The notes beneath the pieces are model-generated. The model did no database searches. It worked only from the letters and a program-made list of their open reading frames with translations, and had not been told where the DNA came from. Position numbers and translations under genes: made by a program. Shown piece by piece: positions 1-8,365 of a stretch of DNA of 9,893 nt. Origin of the DNA: Pseudothermotoga sp. (GTDB lineage Bacteria > Thermotogota > Thermotogae > Thermotogales > DSM-5069); assembly GCA_041640575.1 (NCBI GenBank), contig JBEPZZ010000064.1:1-9893 (forward strand), read 5' to 3'. How positions within the stretch are numbered: the stretch's first letter is position 1; the number at the start of each line of letters is the position of its first letter.

Positions 1-1
1 G

Positions 2-133
2 ACATTGAAACCCAGAAGGCTCAAAATATGCCGTTGCAATCCGTATGACGTTTGCTGGGGCAAGCGTGGTGCTGATGCAGTTGAGCGCGGCACTATTTCC
101 GCGGAAGAAGCGCTTACTGATATCGCTAGCTGA
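2..133 (+). CDS. Possible 3' end of a convergent gene entering from the left edge (unidentified)
   Basis: Frame +2 is open from the edge: TLKPRRLKICRCNPYDVCWGKRGADAVERGTISAEEALTDIAS, stop at 131-133. No family recognised; may be chance. Confidence 0.2.
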   Translation, partial: TLKPRRLKICRCNPYDVCWGKRGADAVERGTISAEEALTDIAS

Positions 134-246
134 TAATTTCATACATCCAGCATTCGGTAACTTTAAAGAACTAGCTCATCTCAAAAAGCTGTGTTGGCGT
201 GTTTGTGTTTTCTGTGAGGTAATGACGTGCAGAGGAAATTATCCGA

Positions 247-2514
247 CTAATGGATTAATCTCTCTAAACTAGCTGCAGCGCTCTCTAAGTCTATGTGATT
301 GCTACAATATGCAGTGCGCAGCAAGCTCTCAGGCACGTAACGATCATACTTGTTCATTTGCAGCATCTGGCGAGTTAGTTTCTTAATAAGTTCATGTGGT
401 TGCGGGATGTTCCGCAAAATAGCTTTGATTCGTTCCTTGAGAAGGTCGAGTGAGCTGATTTCAGCTTCTAAATAAAATGGATGAGAAAGTATCTTGATAC
501 CACCGTACTCCAACAGCAGCTTGATCGTGTTGATTTCCCGGGTCCCTTGCCACGGAAGCAGCATAAATCGCCCCCCGCCCAAATCTAGAATTGGCTGCGT
601 GGTCATATGGCTGGAATGTGCTAATTCACGGGCAGATTTCAATCGGCGGATGGCTTTGGTATGGAGATAGCTGTAAATGGTATCTTCTTTCAAGATACGG
701 CAAATGCTCTGGGAAATCCGTGTATGGATTGTTCTATCACCTCCAGTCCAATGGGCTTGTGCTTTTCCTCTTACACGTTCAACATGGATGATCTTTTTAT
801 CTTCATCAACATCAATGACTTTCCATGCACGACCAGCTAGCCGAAACCGGTCTCCAACAATGGGAAGCGACTGAACACTACCAATTTCCCGTGTTCCCTC
901 CCGCACCATATAGCCGGTTTCATCTTCAAATGTTGCATAGAAACGGTAATGGTTGACAAGACGTTCACCAGCCCTGCCGATAATCAGTCCACCACCCTCA
1001 ACGCGTTCTAGATGTTCAATTTGAAGAAGGTAACGAAGTAGTTCACGAAAATGGTCGAGAGACACTTGGTTAAAAGGAGACAAAGAGAGAACTTGTTCAG
1101 CCAGCTCAGGTGGTGTAAGCTCTGTTTGGGCCGTAATGATGCTCATTGTCTGGTGGTACAGGATACTTGTTGGTAAAGTGGGAATGTCGGGTGGCTCTAT
1201 CCATTTCTCTTCAATATAGAGTTGGATAATAGCTATTGTCTGTAGCAATCCCCATGGAATACGTTCTCCCAGAGTTGCATTTGGTTTTGGTTCATTCTCC
1301 GAAGAATAAAAAAACATTTTGGCATCGCCACCTCGACGTCCAGATCGACCCAAGCGTTGAACAAAACTGGAAACGGTGTTAGTTGCGTTTAATTGCAGTA
1401 CCTGATCCAAACTGCCTATATCAATACCCAATTCAAGCGTAACGGTCGCTGCAACACATGCCTTTTTGTTCGGGTCACGCATATCTTGTTCAGCGCGTTC
1501 CCGAAGCGTGGCCGAAATACTACCGTGATGGACATAATAACTGTCCTCATCTTCACCTTCCACACCCGCGAGGCGACGCAGGTTATGTATAATTTCCTCA
1601 GCAGCATTACGGCTGTTGGCAAAAATAAGTGTTTTGCGGTTACTATCAACTAATTTCGCCATATGTTGAAACATTTCAGCTGTTTCATCGACTACAGGCT
1701 CATCTGATAGCTCCTCCTCTGATGCAGGCTGTATCGTCAAAGATGCGCTTGCGTCTCCTACATCCGTCTGTGGTGATTCTTCATCAGATCCATCCACCCA
1801 ATCATCTTCTCTTGCTCTGATGAAGTGTTCCAGACCAAGCATGACTTTGCGGCGGCTCACAATATCATTAATATGAGTAACCTGACAATCAGTTCCACCA
1901 GCTAGCCATGCCGATGCTAATGTAGGTTCGCCAAGTGTGGCAGAAAGACCAATGCGACGCGCTGGTCTCGTCTGATATCGAGCCAGTCGCTGTAGTTGGC
2001 ACAAAACCTGCCGTCCTCGATCACTGCCAATGAGCGCATGGACTTCGTCCAGAACGACATAGCGCAAATCACCAAATAAACGGCTCAACTCTGTCTGGCG
2101 ATTAATGAGCATTGCTTCGAGAGATTCGGGGGTAATTTGGAGAATGCCTTGCCCGCTGCGAAGAAATCGTTGTTTTTTGCTCTGTGAAACATCTCCGTGC
2201 CAGCTTTGAACAGGTATGCTGCTGTCTTCTAGTAACCTTTCCAGTCGATGAAATTGATCGTTGATAAGCGCTTTGAGCGGGCCAATATACATTGCACCAA
2301 TTGATGACGATGGACGCTCAAACAGATCTGTCAGTATCGGCAAGAATGCAGCTTCAGTTTTGCCGCTGGCTGTTCCACTTGTAATCAAGACATGGTTTGG
2401 CGTGTCAAGGATGGCGCTGATGGCATCAACCTGTATGGGACGCAATTCCTCCCATTTTTCTCGGTAGATGAAATCCTGTATGAACGGAGCCAAGCGATAA
2501 AACGGATTCGTCAT
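247..2514 (-). CDS. sngC: Lhr-like DEAD/DEAH-box SF2 helicase, Shango SngC-like (755 aa)
   Basis: Full SF2 motif set: Q motif WEELRPIQ, I SGTASGKT, Ia PLKALINDQ, Ib ITPESL, II VVLDEVH, III GLSAT, IV LIFANSR, HHGS, V ATVTLELGIDIG, VI QRLGRSGRR. The ATG overlaps the upstream ATPase stop (ATGA at 2511-2514). The sngC symbol rests on context (downstream of DUF2791-like and TerB_N/C-like genes). Confidence 0.9.
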   Translation of the reverse strand: MTNPFYRLAPFIQDFIYREKWEELRPIQVDAISAILDTPNHVLITSGTASGKTEAAFLPILTDLFERPSSSIGAMYIGPLKALINDQFHRLERLLEDSSIPVQSWHGDVSQSKKQRFLRSGQGILQITPESLEAMLINRQTELSRLFGDLRYVVLDEVHALIGSDRGRQVLCQLQRLARYQTRPARRIGLSATLGEPTLASAWLAGGTDCQVTHINDIVSRRKVMLGLEHFIRAREDDWVDGSDEESPQTDVGDASASLTIQPASEEELSDEPVVDETAEMFQHMAKLVDSNRKTLIFANSRNAAEEIIHNLRRLAGVEGEDEDSYYVHHGSISATLRERAEQDMRDPNKKACVAATVTLELGIDIGSLDQVLQLNATNTVSSFVQRLGRSGRRGGDAKMFFYSSENEPKPNATLGERIPWGLLQTIAIIQLYIEEKWIEPPDIPTLPTSILYHQTMSIITAQTELTPPELAEQVLSLSPFNQVSLDHFRELLRYLLQIEHLERVEGGGLIIGRAGERLVNHYRFYATFEDETGYMVREGTREIGSVQSLPIVGDRFRLAGRAWKVIDVDEDKKIIHVERVRGKAQAHWTGGDRTIHTRISQSICRILKEDTIYSYLHTKAIRRLKSARELAHSSHMTTQPILDLGGGRFMLLPWQGTREINTIKLLLEYGGIKILSHPFYLEAEISSLDLLKERIKAILRNIPQPHELIKKLTRQMLQMNKYDRYVPESLLRTAYCSNHIDLESAAASLERLIH

Positions 2515-3878
2515 AACTCGAAGCTCTTGTAAGGTGATGCTGCGCTATCATCTTCATCGACTATCTCAGTTTCTGCTGTGACGGCTTCAGGATCACGTTC
2601 TACCCGTGAGGGTGTGAAGTCTTTATCAGCGACAACACCATCAAAAGATAAATCGGAATTTTGATACAATACATTTAATACTGCAATGAAATCCCGAACA
2701 ATCTCACGAGGCGTAAGTCTTTGCTCAGCGCCTAAGCGCTTACGAACCTCGTTAAGAAAAAACTCGATCTGCTTGTCTGTAACCGCGGATGTGTAAGAAT
2801 AGTGCAAAGCATGAATTCCACGGATACGTTGAAGAAGCACGAAAATTTCTTCAGGAGTCAGTGGTTCCAGCCGGAGTAATGGCCCTGAAAGATCCCGAAG
2901 ACCATTACGAGCGAAGCGGCTTTCCTCCAGTCGGGTGCGCAGCGCCTCGTAACTGAACAAACCGCGTCGAGTGTCCTCAACCATTTGAGGGGTCGCTCCC
3001 AAGATAACGCCGAGGTATTGAGCCTTTCCCTGCATTATATCGTTGAAAATTGACAGTAACCGTTCGTAGTTGTTATTTCGCGATGCTGTATGGCTGATCT
3101 TGTAAAGGTTGACAGCTTCGTCGATAAAGATTACAAGCCCTTTGTAGCCAATATCTTTCACAAAATGCGCGAGCAGCTTGATGTAGTCATACCAAGAAGA
3201 GTCCTCGATGATGACACGAACTCCAAGTGCCTCACGTGCTTCACCCTTGGTGCTGTACTCTCCGCGTAGCCAACGCATTGCCGCCGCTTTTTTTGTATCA
3301 TCTCCGCTCCGGTGTCCATGCCAATAAGCTAAAATGACTGTCGAAAAATCGAAGCCATGAACCATCCCTTCCATTTGATTAACTGTCGCACGGATACGAC
3401 TATCGACAGCTGATTCAAACTTGGGATCATTAGGCTGAATACCATCGTCTTGAATGACCAGTTGTTGGAGATCACTGATCCAACGTTCCAGTAAGGCACT
3501 AAAAGCACCACCATCAGAGCGGACTTTTGTCGCTGCATTGGTTAGCAACTCACGGTAGAGATTAAGTCCCTGATTCTTGGTTCCGGTCAAGCGTGCTTCT
3601 GGGCTGAGATCAGCGTCCATCACAACAAAGTTGCGCTGTAATGCGTAGTTACGAATTAGTTGGCACAGGAAGCTTTTCCCTGAGCCATAACGTCCTAGGA
3701 TCATTCGAAAGCTCGCACCACCTTCAGAAACAATATCATCAATATCTCTAAGCAGCACCTCAATCTCAGATTTACGCCCTACAGCGATATGTTCGAGACC
3801 AGTACGCGGGACAACACCGGCACTCAGCGAGTGAATGATGGCAGCCGAGACGCGTTTCGGCATTGTCATTGAAGTCAT
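2511..3878 (-). CDS. sngB: DUF2791 / BrxD-like P-loop ATPase, Shango SngB-like (455 aa)
   Basis: N-terminal SLSAGVVPRTGLEHIAVGR, Walker A GRYGSGKS, Walker B LVIFIDEA, WLRGE and RGLFSYEALRTRL segments typical of DUF2791 ATPases. SD-like GGGGAG lies 6 nt upstream of the ATG. Coupled to the helicase by an ATGA overlap. Confidence 0.88.
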   Translation of the reverse strand: MTSMTMPKRVSAAIIHSLSAGVVPRTGLEHIAVGRKSEIEVLLRDIDDIVSEGGASFRMILGRYGSGKSFLCQLIRNYALQRNFVVMDADLSPEARLTGTKNQGLNLYRELLTNAATKVRSDGGAFSALLERWISDLQQLVIQDDGIQPNDPKFESAVDSRIRATVNQMEGMVHGFDFSTVILAYWHGHRSGDDTKKAAAMRWLRGEYSTKGEAREALGVRVIIEDSSWYDYIKLLAHFVKDIGYKGLVIFIDEAVNLYKISHTASRNNNYERLLSIFNDIMQGKAQYLGVILGATPQMVEDTRRGLFSYEALRTRLEESRFARNGLRDLSGPLLRLEPLTPEEIFVLLQRIRGIHALHYSYTSAVTDKQIEFFLNEVRKRLGAEQRLTPREIVRDFIAVLNVLYQNSDLSFDGVVADKDFTPSRVERDPEAVTAETEIVDEDDSAASPYKSFEL

Positions 3879-3884
3879 TTGTAA

Positions 3885-3890
3885 CTCCCC
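3885..3890 (-). promoter_or_regulatory. Shine-Dalgarno GGGGAG for the DUF2791-like ATPase
   Basis: Lies in the 16-bp gap; 6-nt spacer to ATG at 3878. Confidence 0.65.
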
Positions 3891-3894
3891 TAAG

Positions 3895-6800
3895 TCAGTT
3901 TTGGTCGACGTCTGTACTTGTCGGATCGATCTTTGAGACTAGCGCTTGCCTGAGAAAATAACTCAGTAATGGACGATATTCTTCTGTGACGATTAGGTGT
4001 TCATTCTCGATACGTATCAATTGATCGCCGAGAATATCAAGTGAACGATTGTTGAGGTCGTCTAGAATGACGTTCAAGAACTGCCCCTGTAAAATGCTAT
4101 GAAAGTCAGATTCGTGCTGTTCCCAACCAGACTGCTTAAGTAATACCAGTATTTTTATGGCTGTTTCATCAGATGACAGCACATCAAGGAGACCTTGAAG
4201 TATTTTCTCGGACGAGTCGGGTATTTCTTGAGGGCTGTCGATCATGATTTCTTCTGAGACTGAAGACGATGAAGTCGCATCTTCTGTATTTAAGCCAACT
4301 GGCATTTCCTTGCTTTCGCCAACTGCTAGCAACCTCTCGCGCACAGCCTCTGACTGAGCTATCAAGTTATTAACCAAAGTGTAGTCGATAGTCATGTTTT
4401 CGTTATAAGACATGACAATTGTGTTACAGTTAGGATAATTCGTATTGAGCCAGTTGAGCGTCCAGTCATCTTGAGTGAAGAGAATGAACTGCATGTTAGA
4501 AGATTGATTAATTAAATAGGTCAAAATATTAACTTTGCGATTACGATCACAGTGTACAAATGGATCGTCCAACAGCATCGGTAGCGGCTCAGCTGATTGG
4601 CTCATCAACTGTGCAATACTAAACCGTAGGAGGAGATACACCAGATCGCGTGTGCCCGTGCTTAGTTGATCGACGTAAACCCACTGTTGGGTTTCAGGGG
4701 CAAGTAATCTAACAATAAGCGTCTCAGGATCAACGAGACTTTCAGTATAACGTCCTCCAGTGGCGTGGCTCAGACCACTATTCAGATAAGCTTGCAAACG
4801 AGGTGTAAATTGCTTCTGAAAAGTTGTGGATGCTTTCGCCAGTTCAGTCTGGGCTGTTTGCAGAGCTTCACCGAACCATTCCAGCCTTTTTAGTTCGGCA
4901 GTAGCCTCAGCATACTCTTCAAGGAGGCTTGCAAGATCAATCATGCTCTCTGACGCCTGTTTGGCTTCATTTGTCAGCATGACTTGTCTTTGCTTCATAT
5001 CTTGAATTTGTTGTTGTAATTTCTCGACTATGCTTTGGTAGTAATCGGTTGCTTCAACAGGCTTTAAAGATTCTGCATCAGGATTTTGATCGACAAGTGT
5101 TTGGAGTTGGCGTTCCAAATCTTCACGTTGTTTGGTTAGTTTATCAGGTTGGAAGGGAAATTCTTGGAGACGCCTCTCAGCCACCCGTGCCTCACGATCT
5201 GCGTTCTGCCAAGCAACATAGTTTTCGCGTTCAGATTTGTAATGCTCTAATTTTTCTTCCCAGCTCAGAGTGTCGTTGATTTTCGCCTCTTTATACAGTT
5301 CATGCAAATTTTGAAGAACTTGCTCATACTCCTCATTTTTGCGTCGCCTTTTAGCATCCTCATCAGCAGCATCCTTAATTTGAGTCTCAACATCTGAGAG
5401 ACGTTGCCTCAGCATATGGATTTGTTGATGCTCAACCTCAATGTCTTGGTCATGTCGAATTCCTTCAGGTAGAATGTCGTTAAGTTGTTCTTCCAAAGAT
5501 TTGAGTAACCTTTCAGCTTCCTGTGAAGCTGTTCTCGCCTCTTCCAGATTGTGACTAGCAACTTCGCTTGCTGTGACATTTTTCAGGTATTCGTCAATTT
5601 TAGCCGAAGCCTGCTCAAAGATTTTTGCTTCAATGGGAATATCGTCAACGCATAGTTCACGTCTCACTCTAGCTTCAACATCATTTTTTAACTGTTCAGA
5701 CTTCTTTACTGATTCTTGTGCATTCTTCCACTGAGTGTAAATGGGTAGCAAGTCGTTATATATAGCTATCTCACTCGGCGCAGAATTCTCTGTTTTGGCT
5801 TTGCGCTTTAGTGGATTGCATCCCTTTTTGTGGGGAACATCTAGAGGAGTATTTTTTAGGGCAAGAAATGCTGATTCTTCGATGTTTGCCCGTTTCCATT
5901 CTGCTGTATAAAACTCTACATCTGCCAATGATTTAGCTACATCTTTTTGAGCCGATTCATACAACTGCTGAAGTTTAGCCAGAGAGCTATGACCCATTTC
6001 GACATATCTGAATTCGCTTTGTAGCCTCGCCACAACGGATTGGGCTTTATCGACTTCAGCTTGAAGTTTTTCAACTTGTCTGTGAGCAGCCTCTACGGCT
6101 TGAGTGGCTTTTTCAATTTCCTTTTTCTTGGCGCTAATCCTATGAATAAGTTCAACTGGTAGGCTTTTGAAATTCTCAATTTGGGCAGTTAGATTCTGTT
6201 GTTCTTTTCTGAGTATCTCAAGTTTGTTTGATAGATTTGGACGTTCTGCGTCAGCCTCCAATGAAATGCGTCTAGCATCAAGGTCTAGTAATTGCTCGTA
6301 GATGTCATAGCGAAAATCACTCCACTTCTGAAGATCAGTGACTTTCCGTTTGGCTTCATCAGCTTCTAGTTGCAAGCTTGCAATGCGGTTGAGGGTTTCG
6401 GTAATATCGCTTAGCCTAGATTTCAATAAAAGTATTTGAGAGTCGGAATATTGCTTTTCTAACTGGGTTATATCCGCTTCACTCGTATTGACAGACGTTA
6501 AAACTTCCCAACTTTTTTTACGAGTTGCTCTTGCATCGTCTATGGCTTTTTTGAGTTGTTCAACACGTTTTTTAGTTACTGCAAGAGGTTTAGAGTGGGC
6601 ACGGGGTGTGCCTACTTTTTGCTTGAGGGTTATTTCGAGAAGTTCAAGGGCTTTATTTACAGTAAATCCATCTTTGGCCATTGTTGATGAAAGCCGCATA
6701 ATGGTTTCTGCAATCGGAATCGCGGATTGTTCAAGCAAAGCGAGTTCAGACTGCCGAACTATACAAACGTTTTCGAAGACATACTTGCCAATACCAAGTT

Positions 6801-7191
6801 GCTCCTCTGCAAAATAGAGCCGTCCGTGACTCTCAGCTCGAAACGTATCTGTAAGATTTCGCTGGTCGGACATTCGTATGAGAGTGGTTGAGATTTCTGG
6901 GGCAAAAGTACGTCGAATCTCAAAGGCTTCCCCGTTACTTAATCTGTATTTCAGTGTACCGCCGAAAGCTTCCATGTGAGACCATGGTTTATATCGATTG
7001 AGGGTATCATGATCCTTGGACGATATACGTCCAGTATCGAAAAAGCCGTAAAGCATTATTGCAACGGCTTCCATCAACGTTGATTTTCCTACTTCGTTTG
7101 GGCCATATACAAGATTCAAGCCTGATTTAAAGTCAAACGAACGATCTACCAGTTGGCGAAATCCCAACAGATCAATCTGGGTCAATTGCAT
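3895..7191 (-). CDS. Rad50/SbcC/YhaN-like coiled-coil ABC-ATPase fused to a C-terminal TerB_C-like domain (1098 aa)
   Basis: Walker A GPNEVGKST, Q-loop region CIVRQSEL, about 600 aa of heptad-rich helical sequence, signature QLSTGTRD, Walker B/D-loop PMLLDDPFVHCD. The last ~166 aa (3895-4395) are homologous to the C-terminus of the ORF at 8503-9891. SD GAGGTGAT upstream; 20-bp overlap with the phosphoesterase gene. Confidence 0.88.
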   Translation of the reverse strand: MQLTQIDLLGFRQLVDRSFDFKSGLNLVYGPNEVGKSTLMEAVAIMLYGFFDTGRISSKDHDTLNRYKPWSHMEAFGGTLKYRLSNGEAFEIRRTFAPEISTTLIRMSDQRNLTDTFRAESHGRLYFAEEQLGIGKYVFENVCIVRQSELALLEQSAIPIAETIMRLSSTMAKDGFTVNKALELLEITLKQKVGTPRAHSKPLAVTKKRVEQLKKAIDDARATRKKSWEVLTSVNTSEADITQLEKQYSDSQILLLKSRLSDITETLNRIASLQLEADEAKRKVTDLQKWSDFRYDIYEQLLDLDARRISLEADAERPNLSNKLEILRKEQQNLTAQIENFKSLPVELIHRISAKKKEIEKATQAVEAAHRQVEKLQAEVDKAQSVVARLQSEFRYVEMGHSSLAKLQQLYESAQKDVAKSLADVEFYTAEWKRANIEESAFLALKNTPLDVPHKKGCNPLKRKAKTENSAPSEIAIYNDLLPIYTQWKNAQESVKKSEQLKNDVEARVRRELCVDDIPIEAKIFEQASAKIDEYLKNVTASEVASHNLEEARTASQEAERLLKSLEEQLNDILPEGIRHDQDIEVEHQQIHMLRQRLSDVETQIKDAADEDAKRRRKNEEYEQVLQNLHELYKEAKINDTLSWEEKLEHYKSERENYVAWQNADREARVAERRLQEFPFQPDKLTKQREDLERQLQTLVDQNPDAESLKPVEATDYYQSIVEKLQQQIQDMKQRQVMLTNEAKQASESMIDLASLLEEYAEATAELKRLEWFGEALQTAQTELAKASTTFQKQFTPRLQAYLNSGLSHATGGRYTESLVDPETLIVRLLAPETQQWVYVDQLSTGTRDLVYLLLRFSIAQLMSQSAEPLPMLLDDPFVHCDRNRKVNILTYLINQSSNMQFILFTQDDWTLNWLNTNYPNCNTIVMSYNENMTIDYTLVNNLIAQSEAVRERLLAVGESKEMPVGLNTEDATSSSSVSEEIMIDSPQEIPDSSEKILQGLLDVLSSDETAIKILVLLKQSGWEQHESDFHSILQGQFLNVILDDLNNRSLDILGDQLIRIENEHLIVTEEYRPLLSYFLRQALVSKIDPTSTDVDQN
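3974..3996. repeat. 23-bp perfect direct repeat, copy 1 (cgatattcttctgtgacgattag)
   Basis: Identical to 8531-8553. Encodes LIVTEEY(R) on the minus strand, inside the duplicated TerB_C-like domain. Confidence 0.95.
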
Positions 7192-8266
7192 TTGTTATCA
7201 CCTCTACACCATCTAGTGCTTGCATAGCGACATGCAAAGCATTATGAATCCGAGACCGATCTTCTGGATTTGTTTCTTGCAAACAATCCAAGAATTGCTT
7301 TGCAAGAAAGCCGCGTACAGTCGGTTCCTTTGCAAGCATTTCTAGATCATAAGGAACGTTTAATCGTGTGACAAATCTTATAGGTTCTTCAATTATTTCA
7401 CCCAAGTAAGAAACATCAATTGCACATTGCGGTGCACCTGTGAGCATAATTGTAAGATGGTGTGGCTGTTTCATATGGTTTCTAATCACTTTACGAACCT
7501 TTTCTTCAACACAACCCATATCTTTGCATCCCGATAAATCCACATCTACTGAGTAATACTGCCAACGGCCAGTTTGGATAAATTCAGTCCGAGTGTTACC
7601 CTGCTCGACAGTAATTAATGTAATGCCATGCTCTCTACTATCAGCTGCAGGTTCAATAGATTCAGGACTGCCTGACATGACACCGTTTGGGAAAGTATGG
7701 TGTTGGTGCTCTCCACCAAGAAGAGCAAAATCCATACCACTGTGTTTTAGTATCTCCTGATTGAGAAAAGAATCATTTGGATTTTGAGCACTAGGATAAT
7801 GAAGAAGGAGCAGATTTATTCCTTCGTTTCGCTCCCACGAACCTAGAAGATCAGTCAAGGGTATATATGGATAAGCCGCTCCCCACACAGTCATTTCAGG
7901 ATTCAATCGGAATGGACTCAGTGTTTGGGTAGTAAAGATATGAACATTGGCTGGGAAACGCCAACGAGAATATAAAGAGTCTTGGCCGTATGTATCTGCG
8001 CTTCCGGGGGAAATTAGCACAGGTATTGGAGCAATTTGTTCGAACTGCTCTGAAAGGATCTTCAAAGTTGATGGAGTAACCGTATCTTGTTCAAACAAAT
8101 CACCCGCAATCGTCACCACATCGACGGTTCTGTCAATCGCAATGTCAAAAATTAGTTTTAGAACCTGAATTAGTCCCTCACGTCGAGTCTTTCCAACTGA
8201 AGGAGTTAGGCCAGCATCTGCAAACGAACGATCTAGATGTAGATCTGCAAAATGTAAAATTTTCAA
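7172..8266 (-). CDS. Mre11/SbcD/YhaO-like calcineurin-type metallophosphoesterase with degenerate active-site motifs (364 aa)
   Basis: MKILHFADLHLD (motif I), AGDLFE (II), PGSAD (III, canonical GNHD), LLLLH (IV), ALLGGEH (V, canonical GHxH), SGSPE. TTG start with SD GAGGTG 8 nt upstream. Lies directly upstream of the Rad50-like gene, as in sbcD-sbcC and yhaO-yhaN pairs. Confidence 0.87.
   Translation of the reverse strand: MKILHFADLHLDRSFADAGLTPSVGKTRREGLIQVLKLIFDIAIDRTVDVVTIAGDLFEQDTVTPSTLKILSEQFEQIAPIPVLISPGSADTYGQDSLYSRWRFPANVHIFTTQTLSPFRLNPEMTVWGAAYPYIPLTDLLGSWERNEGINLLLLHYPSAQNPNDSFLNQEILKHSGMDFALLGGEHQHHTFPNGVMSGSPESIEPAADSREHGITLITVEQGNTRTEFIQTGRWQYYSVDVDLSGCKDMGCVEEKVRKVIRNHMKQPHHLTIMLTGAPQCAIDVSYLGEIIEEPIRFVTRLNVPYDLEMLAKEPTVRGFLAKQFLDCLQETNPEDRSRIHNALHVAMQALDGVEVITNAIDPD
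7197..7204 (-). promoter_or_regulatory. Shine-Dalgarno GAGGTGAT for the Rad50-like gene
   Basis: gaggtgataacaaATG, inside the 3' end of the phosphoesterase gene. Confidence 0.7.
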
Positions 8267-8274
8267 ATCCTTCG

Positions 8275-8280
8275 CACCTC
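8275..8280 (-). promoter_or_regulatory. Shine-Dalgarno GAGGTG for the metallophosphoesterase
   Basis: 8-nt spacer to TTG at 8266. Confidence 0.7.
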
Positions 8281-8336
8281 AAGCACGTTTTCCAACCGAG
8301 TCTTAGTCTTCTGAAGATAGATCACCTATCTCGACG

Positions 8337-8365
8337 ATATTTCCTAATAACTATATTTCCTAATA
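8337..8365. repeat. Tandem 13-bp direct repeat atatttcctaata x2 (period 16 bp)
   Basis: Exact copies at 8337-8349 and 8353-8365, separated by act, in the 236-bp intergenic region. Confidence 0.9.

Noticed and set aside
247..3878. BREX/Pgl system, since BrxD-like ATPase plus BrxHI-like helicase occur in type 2 BREX
   Set aside because: No pglX, pglZ or pglW-like gene in the window, and the TerB_N/TerB_C partner points to Shango.
3895..4413. Separate small TerB_C gene starting at Met 4395 or 4413
   Set aside because: No stop codon separates it from the ATPase and neither ATG has an SD-like sequence, so it is treated as a fusion. Internal initiation is not fully excluded.
3895..8266. Ordinary housekeeping sbcDC repair operon
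   Set aside because: Nuclease motifs are degenerate, there is no zinc hook, the ATPase has a TerB_C-like fusion, and the pair is embedded in a Shango-like operon.
3895..8266. Lower GC in the Mre11-Rad50-like module as evidence of recent foreign insertion
   Set aside because: Spot checks by eye suggest sngA is at least as AT-rich, so the contrast is not specific to the module. No transposase, integrase or terminal inverted repeats were seen. A sliding-window GC and codon analysis would be needed.
8307..8331. Small inverted repeats (tcttc-t-gaaga; agatag-atcac-ctatct) in the leader of the phosphoesterase gene
   Set aside because: Stems of 5-6 bp are expected by chance; no evidence for a structured RNA.
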